A stretch of 64,000 bases of DNA from Gammaproteobacteria bacterium (GTDB taxonomy: Bacteria > Pseudomonadota > Gammaproteobacteria > Eutrophobiales > Eutrophobiaceae): the NCBI GenBank assembly GCA_965215365.1, contig CBDCDS010000003.1, positions 2,368,001 through 2,432,000 of the forward strand. Direction: 5' to 3'. Position numbers and translations under genes: made by a program. This document shows, in pieces, positions 43,865-51,772 of this stretch. Numbering within the stretch: position 1 is the first letter of the stretch; every line of letters starts with the position of its first letter. Under the pieces are notes generated by a model. The model saw only the letters and a program-made list of their open reading frames with translations, did no database searches and had not been told where the DNA came from.

Positions 43865-45913
43865 TTACCTGCCGGTATTACCGTCAAGCCGACCTTCATG
43901 CCCGCGCAAAAACACTTCCACCGCCGCTAACTCGCTGGTATGTCCCATCTTTGGCAGGCTGTTCAGGAAAGTTCTGCCGTAGGGCTTGGCAGTCAGCCTG
44001 GGGTCGCCGATCATCAGGATGCCGTAGTCGTTGCGGTCACGCAGCAGGCGGCCGATACCTTGTTTCAGGGTCAGCACTGCTTCGGGGACCTGGTATTCCA
44101 AGAACGGATTACGGCCCTGCTCCCGCATGCGGGTCAGCCGGGCGTTCAGGACCGGGTCGCCGGGGGACGCAAACGGCAATTTGTCGATGATCACGCAGGA
44201 CAGCGCCTGGCCGCGCACATCCACGCCTTCCCAGAAACTGCTGGCGCCCAGCAACACCGCATGGGGGGTAGTCCTGAAGGTTTCCAACAGTTCGGTGCGC
44301 GGCGCCTCTCCCTGCACTAGGGTGGGGTAATCCAATGCCGCGCTGACCTGCTCGGCAGCTTCCCGTAGCGCCCGGTGGCTGGTGAACAGGAAAAACGCCC
44401 GCCCCCCGGTCAGGCGTAGTAGCGGCAGCGCTGTTTCCACCAGTCTTGCGGTGAACTGCTGCGATTTGGGCTCGGGCAGGCCCCGGGGCAGGTACAACAG
44501 AGACTGAGCCCGGAAATCGAACGGGCTCTCCCAGCCGCGTGCCGGCGCCTGCTGCAGACCCAGTCGCGCGGAAAAATAGTCAAACCGTTGTGCCACGCTC
44601 AGGGTGGCCGAGGTAAACACGTTCACGCACTTCAGCTCCTCCATGCGCGCGCGGAACAGGTCGGCCACATCCAACGGGGTCTGGTGCAGGTAAAAATGCC
44701 TGCCGCGCAGCTCCAGCCAGTGGATACAGTCGGGCGGCGCGCCCGGCGCGGACAAAGCCTCAGACTGCGACAACAACGCCCGCTGTTCCGCAGCCGCCAG
44801 CGTGCCTGACGCAGGCATGTCCGCTCCTTTTGAGGGTGCGGGGTCAGCATTCTTCACAAACCGCCCCAACAAGGCCAGCGCCGCGCCGGCCCGCTTGCAG
44901 CAGTTATCCAGCGACTTGCCTCTGGCGGCAAAGTCCGATAACGCCTGGCGCACCTTGCCCAGCTGCGCCACCAGCCCCGCCAGCACCGCAGCAACCTCTG
45001 CCCGCTCTTTCACCTCGGCCCAGACCAGCCGGCTGTCCTCCCTGGGAAAGGCCAGACGCAGGTCACGCGCGGCCTTGTCCAGGCCATCCAGCAGCGCTGG
45101 AAAATCCGGCAGGTCTGCCGCTTCCTCATAGTACGCAGTGCGCGCGTCAGACACCAGCTCCAGCAGTTGACGGCTGCTCAAGGTCTCACTGAAAAACTGT
45201 GAGGCCAGTTCCGGCAACTGGTGCGCCTCATCGAAGATGAGCACCTCGACAGACGGCAGCAACTCGCCGTAGCCGGCCTCTTTCAGCACCATGTCAGCCA
45301 GAAACAGATGGTGGTTGACCACGGCCAGATCCGCGTCCACAGCCCGACGGCGGGCGCGGAACACGAAACAGTCGTCGTAGAAATCACACTCCTGGTTCAG
45401 GCAGTTATCCGCGCTGGAAACACAGGCCGTGCGCACCGCTGAGTCTTCCGGGATGTGGGTCAACTCGGCCAGATCACCGCTGTCTGTGCGTTGTGACCAG
45501 GCGCGCATATCAGCCAGATAGCCGCGCGCCTGCCGGCCCAGCCGGTGCCCATCCAGCTCTGCCAGTTGTAACCGGTGCCAGCACAGGTAATTCGCCCGCC
45601 CCTTGAGCAACGCCACCTTGAGTGCCCGCCCCACGGCCTTGCGCACCAGCGGCAGGTCGCGGCTGAACAACTGGTCCTGCAAGTGCTTGGTGCCGGTGGA
45701 GATGATCACCTTATGACCGGACTGCAACGCCGGCACCAGATAGGCAAACGTCTTGCCGGTGCCGGTGCCGGCCTCGCAAATCAGCGTTTCCCCGGCGTCA
45801 ATCGCGGCGCGAATAGCCTCAGCCATTTCCACCTGCTGCGGCCTGACGGAGTAGTCATCGATTAACTCCGCAAGAATCCCTTGCGCGCCCAAGATGTCGG
45901 CTGGTGTTTGCAT
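43865..45913 (-). CDS. yoaA: ATP-dependent DNA helicase, DinG/YoaA family
   Basis: EAGTGTGKT, KGRANYLC plus Fe-S cysteines, FDEAH, SFWEGVDV, QGIGRL. Confidence 0.93.
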   Translation of the reverse strand: MQTPADILGAQGILAELIDDYSVRPQQVEMAEAIRAAIDAGETLICEAGTGTGKTFAYLVPALQSGHKVIISTGTKHLQDQLFSRDLPLVRKAVGRALKVALLKGRANYLCWHRLQLAELDGHRLGRQARGYLADMRAWSQRTDSGDLAELTHIPEDSAVRTACVSSADNCLNQECDFYDDCFVFRARRRAVDADLAVVNHHLFLADMVLKEAGYGELLPSVEVLIFDEAHQLPELASQFFSETLSSRQLLELVSDARTAYYEEAADLPDFPALLDGLDKAARDLRLAFPREDSRLVWAEVKERAEVAAVLAGLVAQLGKVRQALSDFAARGKSLDNCCKRAGAALALLGRFVKNADPAPSKGADMPASGTLAAAEQRALLSQSEALSAPGAPPDCIHWLELRGRHFYLHQTPLDVADLFRARMEELKCVNVFTSATLSVAQRFDYFSARLGLQQAPARGWESPFDFRAQSLLYLPRGLPEPKSQQFTARLVETALPLLRLTGGRAFFLFTSHRALREAAEQVSAALDYPTLVQGEAPRTELLETFRTTPHAVLLGASSFWEGVDVRGQALSCVIIDKLPFASPGDPVLNARLTRMREQGRNPFLEYQVPEAVLTLKQGIGRLLRDRNDYGILMIGDPRLTAKPYGRTFLNSLPKMGHTSELAAVEVFLRGHEGRLDGNTGR

Positions 45914-45976
45914 GTGCTGGTTATAAAATCCTTTTGCAGAGTTGGTGACAATTTGCGTGTTTTTGACTTACTGCGT

Positions 45977-48900
45977 TCAGGCCGGTCCGGGTGGGGTGCA
46001 ATCTACCGCGCATACGGAAATTTTTTTTCGTTCCTCATCACTATCAAGCAACCGGCTCAATCGTGCTTCGAGTTCTCTCGGTGTTGCGGGTTTGGGGCCG
46101 CCTTCGGGAGGTGGCGTGGTCTTTTCAGGCCCGAACCAGAATACCAGATATATGCCGTAGCCGTATGCCGTTGGGTCTATGGTGTAGCACTCGATCAGTT
46201 GCTTTTTGAGCCCATGCCAGAGGTCTTTGCTGTCATTGCATTTGATCTCGATGGGGAGGTTATAGCTACCCAATGAAACCCGGATATCCGCCCGTCCTTC
46301 ATTGGCATAACGCCCTTCAGGCTGCGTGTCGACTTGCATGTTTTCGAGCAGCGGCCTGAGGTCGGACAGGAATCGATCGCGACAGGTTTCTTCATGTTGG
46401 CGAGTGACAGGATATTCTCTCCAGTATTGTCGAAAATCATTTGTGTTGCCGTGTTTTATTCGCTCGGCCAATTCCCGAATGCACTCGTGTGTTATGCCAG
46501 CCAGATCGGCAACATTGGCCGGAGGGCCATTATTCAGGGCAGAACGCACCTGCTCCAGGTCGGCATATCTGAACATGGCCTCACGTTTGGCCGTGCGTTG
46601 GCTATGCAGCGTCCGTCTTAACATGGGATGCCATTTTGACAATTGGCCTGATTGGAGCAAAGATTGAATTGCGTCAGTACCTTCGTCCCCCAAGAAAGTG
46701 GCCAGTCGGGAAACCAGTTGCATAACTACCTCTGAGGCATCATCCGAGGTCGAAACAGGCGTATAATAAGGACCCAGCAGCGCCACCATTAGCGACACCC
46801 CCGGTAAAGACAATTTGTCGACAGGCTGCCATTGCTCGCTACGACAGGACAGGAATCCGCTTAAATAACTTATGCATGCTTCTTTCCCTGAGACAAATTC
46901 GGTCAGCCGTTGGGCGAATTGTTCCGGCGCAAGAATGATGCCGGCAGCCATCCATAGTGTGCGCTGTGCCGCGTCCATACTTTTCAAAGAGAGTTTTTTC
47001 TCGGTTAATTGTTTAAGGCTATGATGATCTGCATACTGCAGCGCGGCCGCTAACAGGTCATAAAGCGGAGCAAGTTGTACTGATGTGCTTCGTGCCCGAA
47101 AACTCTCAAGTAGCGGTAGCGCAACAGCGGCGGCCAGCTGTCGGTGATTGTCATCAAAAGCAAGAGCGTAACTGCCGGCAAGATGCGTCTTGCCTGCTCG
47201 CAACGCCATGGTGCCATACATGGTGTAAACTCTGGCTACGAGCTGTGGTCGCTGCAGCAGCAGGGTTTCATACCATTCGCTTTTCTCTGTTGCATCGACG
47301 AAATAGAAGGCCAGCGCTTTTTCGATTTTATCTTCGCTCAGTTGCAGCAGTGTTTGCATCCCGGACCTTGCCAATTCATCCATTCCTGCTCGATAAGGGT
47401 GAGAAGAAACCAGATATTTATTATCTGCGTGCGCTTGTAGTATTTCTTTGACATCCGGGATGTCTTCCCGCTGGATGAAGCGTTGCAGGCCGCTTAACGT
47501 GCTTTGAACCAAGCCAATATCGTTATTAAAAAAGTGTGTCAGGCGTGCGCGCGGATGATCACCTCTCGACTCGATAAAATAACCATAATAGGCTGAGGCT
47601 AATTTGCTGAATAGCGCGGGTTCTGCCGTACCTGCTTCAATCTCTCTTAAGTTGTTCTGCAAATATTGCAGGAACGCCTGTTTGGCCTGTTCTCTCTCAT
47701 TTCTGAGGCGTTTGCGCGCACGGTTGGACTGGCCGTACTCGGGGCTGATTTCCCTTACCCGGTTTACCTCCCAATACTGTTTGAGGCAACGGTCCCTTGC
47801 CACAGCTTCTTCTACCCGTTCTAGGGACATGCCAGCACTTCCGTTTTCTGAAAACAGAGTTGAGAGGCTCTGTGAAAAAAAATATTTACGGGTGTTTTCA
47901 TCATCACAAGTCACAGCCTGAGCAAGACACCAACGGCCATAGTCTTCCGGCAAATCCGAATTAAACAACTGCGCGCTGATTTTAGAGACATAACAGTGTA
48001 AGTCATCTGCCTGCCCGCATTTGTCCAGCAGGGAAGCAACCAGATCTTTTTGAATTTCCGGGTGTTGCTCCAACCATTTTCTAATGCGCGTGGCATCCGG
48101 GCGCCAAAGTAAAATCGAGTCGTACTCATCAAGCCCCAGCCCAAGCCAGCCCAGCAGTCTTGTCGTTGCCACATCGGCGCCGTATTTTTCAACGCCTCTT
48201 GCCAGCAGGTTGCCGACCATGGCCTGATAAGTATCTTCATCAGAATCGCGCCGCGCCGGCACCGGCATCGTTACCAGGGCATCGAGAAGCCGGGGTATCT
48301 GACTATCAGTGGACAGTCTGGTTAACTCATCGCCCCAGAAGGAGTGATATGTGCCAATATAATCCAGCTTTTTTGGGGTTCGATAATAATTGAATATCTC
48401 GTCCGGGGTAATCCGGTGCGGATATTGAGAAAGCAGTAATTGCCCCAAGAGCTCATCATCCGGGTCAGGGATAATATCCCGGTGGATATCCGCCAGGATT
48501 TCCTGCACAGTCTGTTTATCATTGAAACGGAGCAACACTGCTAGCGCCCGTTTCCTGTTTTTCGACCAGCAATCGCGATTTTTAAGCAGACTGGTCAATG
48601 CGCCTGCTAATCCCGGCAGCGCCACGCCGTGAATCATGGACGCCAGCACATAAGCAAGCAGGTATTGATGCGTATCACTGTGGTCACGGGATTTAAGAAT
48701 ACTCAGATATTCCTGCTCCATATCAGTCTGACAAAACGCGCCGAAAGACTGTGTGTTCCGATAATCAACGCCAATATTCCCTGCTTGTTCGGCATAGTTG
48801 CTCAACTCGTGCAATAGTTTAAGACGGTCTCCTTTATTGAACAGACTGACATCGCCGTACAAAACCACTCCGAGCGGGTCGCGTTGCATCAGTTTATCCC

Positions 48901-49585
48901 GCTCAGTATGGCAAAGCGCAGCAATCCAGGCATAAATACCGCGCAATTCGGAAACTGTTCCACCGTCGGCTCCCGTTATGAGCGCTAACACCCGCCCGAC
49001 TGGCAACGCCTCCTGAACGATTTTATTCGATAAATAATAAGCGCCCAGGTATTCCGCAAAAATACGGTGGCTGTATTCAGTGTGTCCATCATGCGTGACG
49101 AACAATCGTGTTCCTGCTACCCGTTGCAGTAAAGCCGGACTGCCATCTGCCAGGTCACCTATAAAGGGATAATCATCATTTGCATTGGACCTTATTAAAG
49201 CAAAGCCTGATTTGCGCGCCAGCAGCATCACTGCGCACAGCATACCGGAGGCCTGCATCAGTTCTTCAGCGGGAGGAGTTTGATTACGGTGAGCAATGTT
49301 ATGAGTTGGATTTTTTTCCAGTAACAATTTTTCGCAGGCCAACCGGAAAACATCTGCTTTCCTTTCAGGCCACTGGCCTCCTTCACCCACGGCTACCACC
49401 AGCATTTCCAGGATTTGCGGGTTTTTGATTAACTCACTCAATCCTCGGTGTTGTGCCCCTTGCAGAAATGAAGATGCGTTAGGCTCTGTTTTATGGTGAT
49501 TCCTGATCAGGACTTGCAGTAAGTCTTCCTCTGTGAGCTCATCTAAGAACAATTCCTTAGTCGGCGCATAATAATTCATAGTCAT
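45977..49585 (-). CDS. Large STAND/NACHT-like helical protein lacking a visible Walker A/B, with C-terminal PD-(D/E)xK nuclease
   Basis: ~1200 aa; NPQILEML and YSHRIFAEYLGA resemble post-NTPase NACHT motifs; C-terminal GRADIRV...PIEIK...YGIYLVFWFG. ATG 49585 overlaps the upstream TGA. Confidence 0.7.
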   Translation of the reverse strand: MTMNYYAPTKELFLDELTEEDLLQVLIRNHHKTEPNASSFLQGAQHRGLSELIKNPQILEMLVVAVGEGGQWPERKADVFRLACEKLLLEKNPTHNIAHRNQTPPAEELMQASGMLCAVMLLARKSGFALIRSNANDDYPFIGDLADGSPALLQRVAGTRLFVTHDGHTEYSHRIFAEYLGAYYLSNKIVQEALPVGRVLALITGADGGTVSELRGIYAWIAALCHTERDKLMQRDPLGVVLYGDVSLFNKGDRLKLLHELSNYAEQAGNIGVDYRNTQSFGAFCQTDMEQEYLSILKSRDHSDTHQYLLAYVLASMIHGVALPGLAGALTSLLKNRDCWSKNRKRALAVLLRFNDKQTVQEILADIHRDIIPDPDDELLGQLLLSQYPHRITPDEIFNYYRTPKKLDYIGTYHSFWGDELTRLSTDSQIPRLLDALVTMPVPARRDSDEDTYQAMVGNLLARGVEKYGADVATTRLLGWLGLGLDEYDSILLWRPDATRIRKWLEQHPEIQKDLVASLLDKCGQADDLHCYVSKISAQLFNSDLPEDYGRWCLAQAVTCDDENTRKYFFSQSLSTLFSENGSAGMSLERVEEAVARDRCLKQYWEVNRVREISPEYGQSNRARKRLRNEREQAKQAFLQYLQNNLREIEAGTAEPALFSKLASAYYGYFIESRGDHPRARLTHFFNNDIGLVQSTLSGLQRFIQREDIPDVKEILQAHADNKYLVSSHPYRAGMDELARSGMQTLLQLSEDKIEKALAFYFVDATEKSEWYETLLLQRPQLVARVYTMYGTMALRAGKTHLAGSYALAFDDNHRQLAAAVALPLLESFRARSTSVQLAPLYDLLAAALQYADHHSLKQLTEKKLSLKSMDAAQRTLWMAAGIILAPEQFAQRLTEFVSGKEACISYLSGFLSCRSEQWQPVDKLSLPGVSLMVALLGPYYTPVSTSDDASEVVMQLVSRLATFLGDEGTDAIQSLLQSGQLSKWHPMLRRTLHSQRTAKREAMFRYADLEQVRSALNNGPPANVADLAGITHECIRELAERIKHGNTNDFRQYWREYPVTRQHEETCRDRFLSDLRPLLENMQVDTQPEGRYANEGRADIRVSLGSYNLPIEIKCNDSKDLWHGLKKQLIECYTIDPTAYGYGIYLVFWFGPEKTTPPPEGGPKPATPRELEARLSRLLDSDEERKKISVCAVDCTPPGPA

Positions 49586-50886
49586 ACGAACCACTCTTTC
49601 GGGTCGGTCAGCAAAAAAAAGTCCAGCGGCACACCTTGGGGCCCCACTAAAACTCTATTGTGTGGCTTGAACTGCCGGGTAAAACTGTCCAGCCCGCGAG
49701 CGGGTACTGTGCTGCTTGAGGACTTTACCTCTATGGCGACAATTCGATTCCCCCTGGCCAGGATAAAATCCACTTCGTCATGTCCATGCCGCCAGTAGTA
49801 GAGCTTGCAATCCGGGATGGTGCAGTTATAAAGATGCGCGCCCACGGCGCTTTCTACCAATCGTCCCCAGTAGCTGCGGTCTTGTTGTGCCTCTGCAAAT
49901 GAATAGCCGGATGCTGCACTCATCAACGCCGTATTGAGCACATTGAGTTTAGGGCTGGAGGCACGCCGACGCTGTGGTTGATTGGCATATTTTTCCAGCC
50001 CTGCCAGCAATCCTGCCTGGGTCAGCAAATCCAGGTAATGCGCCAGTGTCGTGGTATTGCCCGCGCCCTGGAGTTGTCCCAGCATCTTGTTGTAGGACAA
50101 CTCCTGCCCTGAATAATGACACCCCAGCTCAAACAGGTTTTTCAACAATATTTTCTTGTCAACCCGGATCATCATGAAAATGTCTTTCCTGATATTCGGT
50201 TCGATTAACGAATCCCGCACATAGCTCGCCCAACGCTGTTCATCGCGAATGTACTGAATGCTGCCGGGATAGCCGCCATAATAAATGTACTGCAGCAGGT
50301 CGATATCAAAGGCGCCATTCATTTCCTCAAATGACCAATGCGTCATGCGTAGCAGTTCAAACCGGCCGGCCAGACTTTCCGTCAGGCCTTGTTGCACCAG
50401 CAGGGGGGCAGAGCCCAGTAAGACGACATGCATGGACCTTTCCAGGGCACGGTCGGCATCCCACAGACCTTTTACCGTCTCCGACCAGTTCTTGATCTTC
50501 TGTATCTCATCCAGTACCAGAACGAAATTTCTTTGCGGGATAGCTTCTGCTTGATTGAGAGGGTCGGGGGGCAGGATGAATTCATCAGCAGCAACACGCG
50601 CCTTTTCCCATTGCGTTACCAGCCAGGTCACATCGTGTTCTGTTGTTCCTGAAGTGATAGCTTTATCGACATCATGCAGAGACGGATAAAGGGTCGGTAG
50701 AGCCGGTTCGCCGATATTATGGTAATGGTAGCAATCAGGCGGATAGTGTTCAGCCAAGGCTCGTTTGACCAGGGTTGTTTTACCAATCTGGCGCGGGCCG
50801 GCAACGATAATTATCCGGCTGACCGGTTCTCGAAGCCGGTCTATTAAGGTTTTTACATGTGTCCGTTGATACGCCATAAACGCCAT
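49582..50886 (-). CDS. AAA+ ATPase, AAA_14 + DUF4143 type
   Basis: GPRQIGKTT, VLDEIQ, ESLAGR, GGYP, EVDFI...AIEVKS. Confidence 0.9.
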   Translation of the reverse strand: MAFMAYQRTHVKTLIDRLREPVSRIIIVAGPRQIGKTTLVKRALAEHYPPDCYHYHNIGEPALPTLYPSLHDVDKAITSGTTEHDVTWLVTQWEKARVAADEFILPPDPLNQAEAIPQRNFVLVLDEIQKIKNWSETVKGLWDADRALERSMHVVLLGSAPLLVQQGLTESLAGRFELLRMTHWSFEEMNGAFDIDLLQYIYYGGYPGSIQYIRDEQRWASYVRDSLIEPNIRKDIFMMIRVDKKILLKNLFELGCHYSGQELSYNKMLGQLQGAGNTTTLAHYLDLLTQAGLLAGLEKYANQPQRRRASSPKLNVLNTALMSAASGYSFAEAQQDRSYWGRLVESAVGAHLYNCTIPDCKLYYWRHGHDEVDFILARGNRIVAIEVKSSSSTVPARGLDSFTRQFKPHNRVLVGPQGVPLDFFLLTDPKEWFV

Positions 50887-50923
50887 TTTACATCATTGAG
50901 TAAAATTACTCAATGATGTAAAA
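50886..50923. promoter_or_regulatory. Perfect 18-bp inverted repeat (operator and/or efp terminator)
   Basis: ttttacatcattgagtaa-aa-ttactcaatgatgtaaaa, touching the ATPase ATG. Confidence 0.7.
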
Positions 50924-50947
50924 AAAACGTATTGAGCTGGCGTTATT

Positions 50948-51517
50948 TCAACTTTTTACCCGACTCACGTACTCCCCCGTGCGAGTATCCACCTTGATCT
51001 TTTCTCCCTGCTCCACGAACAGCGGCACCTTGACGGTGGCGCCGGTTTCCAGGGTGGCGGGTTTGGCGCCGCCGGAGGCGGTGTCGCCGCGTACGCCGGG
51101 GTCGGTTTCGGTGATGGTCAGCTCAACGAAGTTAGGCGCTTGTACGGATAGCGGGGCGCCGTCCCACAGGGTTATTGCGCATAGCTCCTCGCCCGTTAGC
51201 CACTGGCCGGCAGCGCCTAGCGCGGCGCTTCCTGCCTCGACCTGTTCATAGGTGTTCAGATCCATGAAATACCAGAGCTCGCCGTCGTTGTAGAGGTACT
51301 GTAACTCCGCATCAACCACATCCGCAGCGGGGACGCTATCGCCGGACTTGTAGGTTTTGTCCAGCACCCGGCCGCTCTTCAGATTGCGGATCCTGATACG
51401 CGTGAACGCCTGCCCCTTGCCCGGCTTGACAAACTCGCTGTCAAGTATGATGCAAGGGTCGCCGTCGATAAGTAACTTCAGGCCCGGCCTGAATTCACTG
51501 GTGCTGTGGTTAACCAT
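50948..51517 (-). CDS. efp: Elongation factor P
   Basis: Start placed at ATG 51517; [28 protein letters not shown]. Confidence 0.98.
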   Translation of the reverse strand: MVNHSTSEFRPGLKLLIDGDPCIILDSEFVKPGKGQAFTRIRIRNLKSGRVLDKTYKSGDSVPAADVVDAELQYLYNDGELWYFMDLNTYEQVEAGSAALGAAGQWLTGEELCAITLWDGAPLSVQAPNFVELTITETDPGVRGDTASGGAKPATLETGATVKVPLFVEQGEKIKVDTRTGEYVSRVKS

Positions 51518-51772
51518 TGTGTTCCGTGATAAAAAGAGAAACTTAAAAACTGTCGGCGAGCGCATGGTCACGCAGGCGCAATAGTCAGTTACGACCGCTC
51601 CGTGCTGTTATATAAGGTCACCTCTATTAATCAGATGCGCCCTTATGCTCCCGGCGACGCCCGACTCACTGATGGGACTAACCATACCACGATATAAATA
51701 AAATGCCAGCCGGACGTCATACGAAAACAAGGCATGTGGTAAGATCATGCGCCTGAATATAGAAAGCAAGTA

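Noticed and set aside
51564-51584. ATGGTCACGCAGGCGCAATAG as a remnant of divergent epmB
   Set aside because: Six codons cannot establish homology.
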